From: Octopus vulgaris | Lineage: Eukaryota | Assembly: GCA_951406725.2 (NCBI GenBank) | Contig: OX597836.1 | Span: 22,010,001-22,074,000, forward strand | Direction of reading: 5' to 3' | DNA: 64,000 nt | Shown: piece by piece, positions 42,515 through 53,938 of the stretch | Numbering within the stretch: the stretch's first letter is position 1 | How the letters are laid out: each line of letters opens with the position of its first letter | Position numbers and translations under genes: made by a program | The notes under the pieces: generated by a model | Database searches by the model: none | Told to the model about the DNA's origin: nothing | The model's input: only the letters and a program-made list of their open reading frames with translations

Positions 42515-42529
42515 ATCTCAGCTGTTGGA
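42515..42529 (-). promoter_or_regulatory. Putative splicing selector B (pre-mRNA 5'-UCCAACAGCUGAGAU-3'), about 150 nt downstream of exon B
   Basis: 15/15 complementary to 35693-35707. Confidence 0.72.
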
Positions 42530-42678
42530 TATGTTAATTAGTTGCTACACATTTACATCAGCCAGCTAATTAGGTACGTAATGCAAAACAACAACAAAAA
42601 ATAAAGCTAGATGTTGAACAAGCAACAAGAAAGTGAGCCAATATTTTCATCGGTGGGAGCAGTTACCAAAAAACTTAC

Positions 42679-42741
42679 ATAAAAGAGGAATGTAGCTATT
42701 CTGTTTCCTACCATTTCATCAAAAGCATCTATCTCTCGTTT
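42679..42741 (-). CDS. P4HA: P4HA alternative exon B (KREIDAFDEMVGNRIATFLFY)
   Basis: atcttacag| acceptor and |gtaagt donor, 63 nt, phase 0/0. GNRIATFLFY motif. Confidence 0.88.
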
Positions 42742-44743
42742 CTGTAAGATCAATCATCATAAGGCAAAAGGAGTTGCAAAAAAAAAAAAAAAAAAAAAAA
42801 AAAGGGCTAAAAACTGAAATTCTTGAAAATTTACTGCATAAAAAAAACCACCACTTGAGTTATGTAGGAATTAAAGCATTCAAAAGTAAGAAAACCATCA
42901 TCAACACCATCATAATGGATGGCTTCTCGTCTACATCACCAACGGTACGTCAACGTTTCTCTGACCATCATGTTGGATTTAGGATGGATTAGAGACAAGC
43001 AGATGCAAAATCTTCACATAACTAACAGATAATCCTAATAACATTTTTTCTTTTCAACCTTTCTCTTTGTTTTGTTGTTTTTTTTTTTGCTCTGCACCCA
43101 CCAAAATATTTTCATATACAATTTTGTAGTATAATTAAAATTTAAAACCAAAGATGGAAACGGTACAAACTGCAAAGTAAAAATTTTTTTTTAAATTAAT
43201 TAAATTAATACATGTAAATACATGAAAATGTTCTCTAACACTTCTTTTTTTTATTAACCCTTTTGATACCAACCCACCTAAAACCACCCTTGGTTTTATG
43301 TTAACAATTCTGGTTTAAAGTGATCAAAATTAAAACTTTCCATCAAAATTTTATGTTGATTTGTGATCCAAATACCAGCTTAATAATGACTAAGTTATTT
43401 TACTAGATTCCTTGTTATTTTCTAAACTAATCAAAACAAAGTCAGTGCATTCTGACAGGAATATGGTAACAAAAGGGTTAATCAATTAGATTAACTAAAT
43501 GATTGCTTGATTAATCAATCAGTCATCAGTCTTTATTCAGCTGGTTTGTCAAAGTCCTTTTGTCACCATTCACAACCACATCAAAGTAACAAGGACATAT
43601 GATTGATGGTGTTGCAAATGGCAATGAAAAACACTGACTAACCAGCTAATTGATTGATTGATTGATTGATGAATGATCAATTAAGCTACTGGTTACGTAG
43701 GTATATAAAAACGTAATTAAAAATTTTTTTTTTCTTTTTTTGTCATTTGTATTGGTGAAATGCCCTCTTAATATTTAAGATGAAACTATTTAAGTAAAAG
43801 ACCCTTTTCTTAACCCTTTCATCACCATATTTCCATTGAAATATACAGCCTTTGTTTAAATTAATTTGAAAAATAATGGAGTATTTAGGAGTGGCTGTGT
43901 GGTAAGAAGCTTGTTTCTCGGCCACATGGTTCTAGGTTCACTCTGACTGTGTGGCACCTAGTGCAAGTGTCTTCTACTATAGCCTTGGGCCGACCAAAGC
44001 CTTGCGAATGGATTTGGTAGACAGAAACTGAAAGAAGCCTGTCGTCCCCCCACCCCATCAGTTCACAACCAATGTTAGTGTGTTTATGTCCCCATCACTT
44101 AACAGTTCAGCGAAACAAGACTGATAGAATAAGTACTAGGGCTGCTCACAAAATAAAAGCCCTGGGGTCAATTTGTTCGACTAAAAGCGGTGCTCCAGCA
44201 TGGCCACAGTCAAATGACCGGAACATGTAAATGAATAAAAAGAATTCAGCTGATGTTTGGAACATAAATTAACATGGCATTTTGATGGAAGTGTTTTAAA
44301 TCACTTTAAACCAAGAAGTTCTTTTACATTTTAATACTGGCTTTTCCATGTTTGCACGGAACAGACACACTTTCTTAGTCTCCCATTCAGCATCAAACTA
44401 ACTGTTACATCTCATTAACTCCTTGTCATTGCCTTCCATGTGTAGTTTATTTATTTTTGTAAATAATTTTGAACCTACTTCAGATTGCTATTAAGGTGCC
44501 TTTTGGTTAAAAACTGCAAAAGCAACCACAATATTCCTTTCCTTGTAACACCAAGGAGTTAATTCTATCATGTGCTGTGAAGAAAAAAATTCACAGACCA
44601 TGGAAATAAATTGGTAATTGTTGACATTGTAATGACATAACACAAAATTAGATATTATGGAAGTTGCTGAAACAATTGTAAACTAAGCAATAAACACAAT
44701 ATGCTAACTCCATTCTTTGATATTTCATTTTATATGAATGTGC

Positions 44744-44786
<43 letters not shown>

Positions 44787-44846
44787 ATGATGGTGATGAT
44801 GATATATATATATATGGATACATTCATATCCATATATTTTATGTAT

Positions 44847-44879
<33 letters not shown>

Positions 44880-44953
44880 CATATATATATACACACACAT
44901 ATAAATATATACATATATATATATATTACACACACACACACATATATATATGT

Positions 44954-44996
<43 letters not shown>

Positions 44997-45583
44997 GTAT
45001 ATGTATGTATATATATACATATACACATACAAACATGTATGTGTGTGTGTATATATATATATATATACAAGAGAAGTTGATCATTGGTATTAAAAAGTCA
45101 TTGTTTAATTGTATGCCAGAAGGTTTGCAAATCCAACAGAGGCTTCAAGATATATTTTAAGATCCACAAAGAACAGAACTTAGCCTCAGGACCAAAAAGA
45201 CATGAATATATACATATGTGTATATATGTATATATATATCTATATATATATATAGTTAATCCAAACATGAAAACACACAGAGAAAATACAACAACGCGAG
45301 GACGTGGAACAATTATAGTATTATTGGACACTCATGAAGGAAGGGAAGAAGGAGGGTTTTATGTTTCGAGCGGAGCTCTTCATCAGAAACATAGGAAAAG
45401 GAAAGATCCAAAGAAGGGAATACGGAGGAAAAAAAATCGCCAACGGTACACACGCGGTCACACATACATGTGTATATATGTATATATATATATATACATA
45501 TATATGTTTATATATGTATATATATAGAGAGAGACAGATAGATAGATAGATGATAGATAGATAGATAGATGATAGATAAATAT

Positions 45584-45614
<31 letters not shown>

Positions 45615-45809
45615 AATATATATATACATACATATATATAGATTAAAATCTATTAACCAACATAAGGTGGCAGTCCTGCGTAGGACCAAGTTACTACTTT
45701 TTAACCCTTGGAAAATATCCTTTCCAGCAGGTTATCTATACACAACCTGTGTCTGTCACACACACACATATACCTGTTTTCTGATTATATGATATATATA
45801 TATTATATA

Positions 45810-45860
<51 letters not shown>

Positions 45861-46731
45861 TTAGTGGAAAAAGCACCTCCTTATAGGTGTTATTAACATA
45901 TATATATATAAAGATATATGTGTGTGTATGTATGTATATGAAGGACTGAAATAAATTTGAATATTAGAAAGCTAAGCAGTGAGAGAAATATAATAATTTA
46001 AACACGTTCCTTCTATATTTTTTAATTTTTAAAAAAAGTAGAGGGTGGACTGATGGACCATTTCAAGGTTTGTTGAGCACTCCTCAGAGAAGCTGTACCC
46101 AGTTTCCTTCTGCAATCAACAGCATAGACTATTAGGCTACTATATAAAGCAGTCATAAATTAAGTTATCACCATAGCGGAAATATAGTTTATATAAATAT
46201 ATGAAAATTTTTCTACAACCATGTTAGATATGGTGTGCTAGTATGGACTGAAGGGAACTAAAAGAGGAATTTACAGATGAAGAAGAAAACACAGCAAGAC
46301 TACACATGGCATTTTCTGTGCAAGATAGTACGTGCATGTGTGTGTATCTATGTACTACTTTAGCAATGCCTTCGTTTGACACTAAGATTTCTACTTGTTG
46401 TTAGTGCTTCAGTTAGTAAAACTATCAGAGCTTGCAAAAGAAGCTGTTCTGTGAAAAAATGAAATGATGACATGATGGTTGTGATAGTTATGATAGCAGC
46501 AGTTAAATCTTTAGAGTAGTTTTTAGCAATAGTTAAATAGAAGCAGCACTATTCTACCTGAATTCTGGTAAGGATTAGAATGTAAAAATAAGAAAAAATG
46601 GTAAAATAATTAATAAATACAACTACAAGATAGAATTTGTAATAAAATTTGATTAGGTAACAGATTTTTCACAGACAAAGATGTGACAGTAAAAATTTCC
46701 TGCGATTATCAGAATCTGCTGTTTATTCACT

Positions 46732-47169
46732 GGATGGAAATGGAAGCACTCCGTCAGTTATGACGACGAGGGTTCCTGTTGATCCGATCAACGGAACAGC
46801 CTGCTCGTGAAATTTATGTATATATATAAATATATATATAAAAATATCCTTTTCTACTTAACGTGTAAGGGGCTGAGCACTCCACAGACACGTGCACCCT
46901 TAACGTAGTTCTCGGGGATATTCAGCGTGACACAGAGAGTGACAAGGCCAGCCCTTTGAAATACAGGTACAACAGAAACAGGAAGTGAGTGTGAGAGAAA
47001 GTTGTGGTGAAAGAGTACAGCAGGGATCACCACCATCCCCTGCCGGAGCCTCGTGGAGCTTTAGGTGTTTTCGCTCAATAAACACTCACAACGCCCGGTC
47101 TGGGAATCGAAACCGCGATCCTACGACCGCAAGTCCGCTGCCCTAACCACTGGGCCATTGCGCCTCCAC
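46732..47169 (-). mobile_element. Same tRNA-SINE family, full length, 13-bp TSD (ctgtttattcact), with an internal AT-rich insertion
   Basis: High identity to 24235-24618. TSD at 46719-46731 and 47170-47182. Confidence 0.88.
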
Positions 47170-49018
47170 CTGTTTATTCACTATTGGAATAATGAATCTC
47201 AAGGCACATCACATAAAGCTATGAATAACACTGTGTAACAAAATTTTTCTTTTAGCTTGCTAACCAACCACATGGTTCCAGGTTCAGTCCCACTGCGTGG
47301 CATCTTGGGCAAGTGTCTTCTGCTATAGCCCCGGGCCGACCAATGCCTTGTGAGTGGATTTGGTAGACGGAAACTGAAAGAAGCCTGTCGTATATATGTA
47401 TATATATATATAAGTGTGTGTGAATATGTTTGTGTGTCTGTGTTTGCTTGACAACCGATGCTGGTGTGTTTACGTCCCCGTCACTTAGCGGTTCGGCAAA
47501 AGAGACCGATAGAATAAGTACTGGGCTTACAAAGAATAAGTCCCGGGGTCGATTTGCTCGACTAAAGGTGGTGCTCCAGCATGGACGCAGTCAAATGACT
47601 GAAACAAGTAAAAAGAGTAAAAAGAGTATTGGTCAGTAAATATTATTTCCTCCTTGCTTCTATCTAGAAATCAAAGGAAATTACTTTTATTCCCTTCAGA
47701 CTTTGCTTTTGTGACCTGGACATCGATATTTTAGAACTGACCTATTTCCCATAACATTTCAGACATATTCAGCATTAAGTTGCTGAAGCAGAAATATCCT
47801 TTTCTACTCCAGGCACAAGGCTCGAAATTTTTGGGAAAGGGCCCAGTCAATTAGATTGACCCCAGTACGCAACTGGTACTTAATTTATCAACCCTGAAAG
47901 GATGAAAGATAAAGTCGACCGTGGCAGAATTTGAACTCAGAACATAAAGACAGACGAAATACTGCTAAGCATTTTGCCCAATGTGCTAACATTTCTGCCA
48001 GATCACCCCTTGCTCAAGCAGAAATATTGTTATAGCAAACATTCTGCTTAATATCACAGATTTGCTTGTCAGGTGCTTGACCATAACCACTTGAGCATGG
48101 CATATCCCTTAGTGGCCTACAATATGTATATCTCTGATCATGAGTAGGAATAGTGGGGGAGCATCATAACCATGTGTTGAGGGGGATTCCTTGGAGTTTG
48201 GATAAATGTAGCAAAAGCAAAGTCTGAAGGAAATATTGGATTGTCCGGAAAGTTTGTGCCTATTTTTAAAGGAAAGAAAAAGGTCAATAAATACTTGCCA
48301 TTACATTTTTAATCAACCAAATATGAACCATTTTGTTGCACAATGTGTCTCCATCTTTCCTTTAACTTGAAAATACCCTCTTCCCAGAATTGAGATGCCT
48401 GGGAGGGTAAGTCGAAAGATAAGCTGCTATAAATCGGCACAAATTTTCCAGACAACCCAATATTAGCCATTTTTCATACATTCTAGTGATAAGCAAATAG
48501 GGAATAAGAGTTGCCACCGAAGGACAAAATCGTGTTACACAGTGTAATAGCATGTAAATATTTTCAACTCAATATTTACATACTATTCTTTATATTTATA
48601 GCTGTTTATGTGACGTGCTGCATGAGCCAGTGTTCCAGAAATTAATTACTTCATGATGTCAACATGTTATATATAGAGGATGGAAGAAGCTCCATTTTGA
48701 AGCATTTATGTAATTTCCCTAAAGACACCAAGTGAATTGCTATGGCTGGATGCAAAAAAAGAAAAAAGAAAGAACCTTCTCAAAAAACTCTTACACAAAC
48801 CCATGAAATTCTTTGAAAACTATTGAAGATATTACATGGAGACTATCAGTAGATATCAACTAATCTTTAGTGGAGTCAAAACAGTGGAAAGAAACAAAGA
48901 AAGAAAGGTTCAAAGACAGGGCAAGAGGAGGAGTGGGAGCATATGTAGGGCTGAATGACATAGTCCCTTTGCAATGTATCCTCACATGAGGAAGGGGTGG
49001 AAAATAAAAAAAAAGTAC

Positions 49019-49032
49019 ATCTCAGCTGTTGG
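49019..49032 (-). promoter_or_regulatory. Putative splicing selector A (pre-mRNA 5'-CCAACAGCUGAGAU-3'), about 210 nt downstream of exon A
   Basis: Identical 14-mer also follows exon B. Perfectly complementary to 35694-35707. Confidence 0.7.
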
Positions 49033-49243
49033 GCCTGTTAATTATTTGGTGTTGAAATAAATAAATCCAACACCAACTACATAGCTAACGAAGCGACTAA
49101 TGAGATGGTGAACAAACAATACATCTCAGTATCTTATATATATATATATATATGTGTATATATAATATAAACATATTTTATATATTTATATATATATATA
49201 TATATATATATGGTGTGGTGGGGAGGGTTACGAAAAGACTTAC

Positions 49244-49306
49244 ATAGAAAAGAAACGTAGCTATTCTGTTTCCTACCATCTGCTCTAAGACGGTACTTTT
49301 CCTTTT
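49244..49306 (-). CDS. P4HA: P4HA alternative exon A (KRKSTVLEQMVGNRIATFLFY)
   Basis: attccag| acceptor and |gtaagt donor, 63 nt, phase 0/0. GNRIATxLxY motif, no stop codons. Confidence 0.85.
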
Positions 49307-50269
49307 CTGGAATAGCAATCACAGCAAAAAGAATAACTAAAAACTGAATATGACAAAAATTTACTTCATAAAATAAATGTAGCAAATATAGAGGAATTAC
49401 ACATGGCTCCAGATCCATTTTCTTTTTCCTTCCTTGACCATCCTGTCAGAATAGGTTGGTTTGGTTTCAGTTAAGGTAAATATATGCATCTTTATTTCAA
49501 CTAAGAAATAATTTGTTTGTTTTTTTTGTGCATGATTATTGCCCCGCAAAAAAAAAACAACAAAAAAACATGGCACCTTGTTTCATACAAAAAAATTTGA
49601 TATTAGTGAAATTTAAATTAAAAGATAATTAAAACAAAACAAAAACATATGAACTTTGAGATATAAAAAGAAATTAGATTAGAAAAGGATTTTTTATTTT
49701 TGTTATAGTTGAAATGTTATTTTAATTTTCACTGTAAAATGTTATGGAAAAAGAAAACATAACTGACAGCAAAAAATAAATAAATAAAATAAAATAAAAT
49801 AAAAAATATTAAAAAATTATAATAAAGAAAAACAGTGTTGATTATACATTGGCATTTATAATGAAACTAAACATACATATATATTTATCTATATATATAT
49901 ATATGATAGAAGTGAACTGTGAAAATGAGTACTCAACACTGCATTTTGGGATTTTCCCACACAACCATAGGTTTCATGCTCTGGAATTCACAATTTTCAA
50001 GTGCTCTACATATAAAATAGTGGTAAAAGTGTTTCCATTTTATATGTCAAACATTTGAAAATTGTGAATTCTAAAGCATAGAACCAAAGGTTGTGAAGGA
50101 AAATCATAAATAAAAAATATATATAACCTACCGTTGATAAGGCCAAAAGAGTTTGAAATCGTGCTGGTGATAACACACAGGAAAACAAAATGAGATATTT
50201 TCTCTTGGTAAAACCGCTGTATCATGTGTTCTAACACATCGACTTTTAAATGGTGAATACTTTACTATA

Positions 50270-50491
50270 TATGAAAGGGTGCTGAAAAGTTCCTGGTTTT
50301 AAGGGTTATTATGAAAGGCCTGGTTGGAGGTCCAACTTTCTGAGTTCTTTTACAGGGCTTAGAAAAACTGAAGGACCACTGCTATAAGTGTATGAATCTG
50401 AGAGAGGAATATATTGGATAAAATCATAATCAACTGATCCTCCTGTGTTTTCTTTAACCCAAAGCCAGGAATTTTTCAGCATCTCCTCATA
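50270..50491. mobile_element. Mariner-derived MITE
   Basis: Imperfect TIRs tgaaagggtgctgaaaagttcctgg and ccaggaatttttcagcatctcctca, flanked by TA. A smaller Tc1/mariner-type element lies at about 55736-55814. Confidence 0.65.
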
Positions 50492-51149
50492 TATACATGT
50501 GTGTATGTGTGTGTGTGTGTATGAATCTCATACATATTTTCCTGTATATTTGTTGCAACAGATATACAGAATGTGTGTATTTTGTGTGTGTCTGTTGTAC
50601 ACATGTATATGTATTGAATATTGTATGTGTATGTACATGTGTTGTATGTGTGTATCTGTGTGTGCTGGGAGGAGCCTTGATTGCAAAAATTGTGAAAAAA
50701 ACAGAATAATATTTTAAATGATATATTTTTTTTAAAATTACATAATTAAAATGACATATAAACATAATTATATATAGAAAACATCAGCAGTAAGATTATC
50801 AATGGAAAATTTGGGGTTATTTTTAAAAAAGCATTAAAAAGTCAATTGTCCAGCAATGGGTCCTGAGAAAGGATTAATTTGGGAAGGAAAAGAAATGGGA
50901 AGGTGTCTGTTATTCTTTCTACCCCATCCAACCAGTTTTAAACTTGAGCTGAATAAGTCAGAATATTATATATGTATATACAAACACATGAAGGTGCATG
51001 GCAACTGCTAAATCATGGGTTCGATTCCCTGACTGAGCAGCACATTGTGTACTTGAGCAAAACACTTCATTTCACGCTACTCCAGTCGTCCTTTGATCAG
51101 TGGGGAATGTTGGCCTACTTAACATAAACTCAGAACTCAGTTATTTTCA

Positions 51150-51480
51150 AGAGATGAAAAATGCGCAGACATAGAGACTGACACATGCAAAAACACAACA
51201 CCAACCGCATTATTGCCAACTATGAGAGAATGTCTTCCAGATATTATCTTCCCATGAGGCATAATACAGAATGGTATGGAGTAAGATAACAAAAAAGAAA
51301 ATACCTACAAATGAAGTTGACCATATTGAAGTCAATGGGTCAAAAAAATATTGGTGGAACTTACAAATTAAAACAGCCACCAAGTTAAAACTCAGCTGGC
51401 CAGATATCATTGTGTGGGACCACAAAGAAAAAATATGTTCTGTTGTGGAAATCAGCTGCCCTTCGGACACAGAAACCCTT
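51150..51480 (+). mobile_element. Remnant of a restriction-like-endonuclease non-LTR retrotransposon (R4/Dong/NeSL-like)
   Basis: YWWNLQIKT...PDIIVWDHKEKICSVVEISCPSD matches the PD..D...(D/E)xxxP restriction-like endonuclease signature. Confidence 0.65.
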
Positions 51481-51813
51481 GCAGAATATAGAACAGATGT
51501 CACATTATTTGTCTGTCTTTCAGTCTTATTTTTGTCTATTTTTCTTTCCCCATATGTTCTCTATCTCATCTATTTATCTTTATCTATCTTTGCTTCTGTT
51601 GTCTATCTTCATATTTGTCTGTTTTTGAATGTATCAGTGTTTCAGTCTGTCAGTCTGCCTATGTTCTCTGTTTTTGTGAGTATCACAGTGTTTATCTGTT
51701 AGTTTGCCTATACTTATGTGTCTGTCTGTTAGTCTGTCTTTGCATGTATTATCATTACGTATATCTGATTGTCAATAAAATGAAGTTCAAGTTAGTGAAA
51801 AAGATTTACTCAC

Positions 51814-51867
51814 CCTTGCATAGTCAAAATGAGGTTCATAATGGCCACCAATTCCATAGTTAGCAAC
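51814..51867 (-). CDS. P4HA: P4HA exon with the Fe(II)-binding HxD motif (VANYGIGGHYEPHFDYAR)
   Basis: ttaccacag| acceptor and |gtgagt donor, 54 nt, phase 0/0. Canonical VANYGxGGxYEPHFD. Confidence 0.96.
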
Positions 51868-52088
51868 CTGTGGTAAAGAAATAAAATTGATTAAGAAGTG
51901 GTAGCAGAGGGCAAACAAGCAACTAGAATATCAAAGAGAACGGGTTAGTCTTACAGTGGTTCTTAAAAATTTAATATTTGTGGATTCCTTTGATTGCTAT
52001 TTTATTCTGGTGGACTCCCAGAACCAGGTTACATTGTTTTCCCATTATTAATCAATTGTATAATAATATTTAATTATAACACTATATA

Positions 52089-52372
52089 GGCGGCGAGCTG
52101 GTAGAAACGTTAGCACGCCGGACGAAATTCGTAGCCGCTAAGGCAGCGAGCTGGTAGAAACGTTAGCACGCCGGACGAAATTCGTAGCCGTATTTCGTCT
52201 GTCATTACGTTCCGAGTTCAAATTCCGCCGAGGTCGACTTTGCCTTTCATCCTTTCGGGGTCGATAAATTAAGTACCAGTTACGCACTGGGGTCGATGTA
52301 GTCGACTTAATCCCTTTGTCTGTCCTTGTTTGTCCCCTCTGTGTTTAGCCCCTTGTGGGTAGTAAAGAAATA
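52089..52372 (+). mobile_element. Second tRNA-derived SINE family, with a 53-bp tandem duplication of its head
   Basis: ggcggcgagctggtagaaacg head and GAGTTCAAATTCC B box. Inverted copy at 54435-54667, plus many degenerate copies (about 10930-11130, 41120-41330, 47800-48005, 60890-61035). Confidence 0.85.
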
Positions 52373-53067
52373 TATATATAGTGCAGTTAGGCTAGTTGTG
52401 TGACCACCCATTTTGGCAAAAAAATTTGCATACATATTACATGGTCTTAAACTAATTTTGCCAGTAAATTTGAAAAGTTCATATTAATTTAGCATTAGAA
52501 TTCTTCAAGTTGTATAAAAATAGTTATTGTCTGCATCATTCGAAAGAGAAATAAATTCTGCATAAGGTGTAAAAGATAAAAATAATTTATATGGTGTTAG
52601 TAACAAATTATTTTGTAAGAAGTAGAACTTTTATCATCAGACTTAAATTTATTTTCGCCAGTGTAGCAAGCAAAGTTTTTTCATGGACCCTTAGAATGCT
52701 ACAGTGGATCCCTAATTTACGACTCCCAAAAATCCAATATGGACCCCACCAGAGTCATATGGACAGTGGTTGAGAACCATGGGTGTAAGAGTGGTATGAA
52801 CAATGGAGGGTGAGTGATAATAGTGGAATAATTATAGGAATAAAGAAAGAAAGATGGATACTACACGGTAATTATGTAATGTTGAGCAACACTAGAGGTT
52901 TACACTGACCCTCAGTTGGTAGTTTACAAAGATGAGCAGCATCAAATTAACTCCTGTGACACCTGTATGAGACTGTTCCTAATTCTATGATACACACTCC
53001 CTGTTTTAAAGGGATCCATCAATTAAAACCTTCCATCAAAATTCCATGCTAATTTATGTTCCAAATA

Positions 53068-53405
53068 GTAGTGACCCCCTTCGGTCAGACACTGACCATG
53101 GGTTTGCACCTAGAGAGCTACTCTCTGAGGCACAAGTCTGGGCAAGGTTGTTTCATGGAAGACCAGCAGTCACCCATGTATACCAGCCTCCCCTCTCCAT
53201 ACTGCTGATGTTATCCAAGGGAAAGGCAAAGAGGCCGATACAGCTTGGCACCTGTGATGTCGCAACTCATTTCTACAGCTGAGTGAACTGGAGCAACGTG
53301 AAATAAAGTGTCTTGCTCAAGAAGACAACACGCAGCCCGGTCCGGGATTCGAGCTCACAACCTCACGATCGTAAGCTCGACGCTCTAACCACTGAGCCAC
53401 GCGCC
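53068..53405 (-). mobile_element. Third tRNA-derived SINE family with 12-bp TSD (atgttccaaata)
   Basis: TGGCTCAGTGG and GCTCGAATCCC boxes. TSD at 53056-53067 and 53406-53417. Related copy at about 3543-3877 (+). Confidence 0.85.
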
Positions 53406-53887
53406 ATGTTCCAAATACCTACTTAATATTACTGGCAAAGTTAAAATGGTGAGCTGGCAGAACTGTTAGCAAGCTGGGCAAAAATGCTTAGCAGCATTTT
53501 AGCAGTCTTTTAAGTTCTGAGTTCAAATTCAACTGAGGTCAGCTTTACCTTTCATCCTTAGTGGGGTGGGGGAGGGGGTCAGTAAAATAAGTACCAGTTG
53601 AGCACTGGGATCAACATATTTGAGTAGCCTCCTAGTTTGAAACTGCTGCTCTTGAGCTAAAATTTGAAAGCAGTATTACTCTTTTACTCGTTTCAGTCAT
53701 TTAACTGTGGCCATGCTGGAGCACCGCCTCTAGTCGAGCAAGTCGACCCCAGGACTTATTCTTTGTAAGCCTAGTACTTATTCTATTGGTGTTTGTTGCT
53801 GAACTGCTAAGTTACGGAGAGATAGACACACCAGCATCGGTTGTCAAGCGAAGTTGGAGGGACAAACACAAACGTATAAATACACAC

Positions 53888-53938
<51 letters not shown>

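Noticed and set aside
44648-45689. Cluster of overlapping YI/HT/CV-rich ORFs (and similar ones across the window)
   Set aside because: These are translations of (TA)n, (CA)n and (TG)n tracts.
45655-45720. Minus-strand LRRTATLCW as a fourth GNRIAT-like alternative exon
   Set aside because: Similarity is weak and no GT donor is correctly placed.
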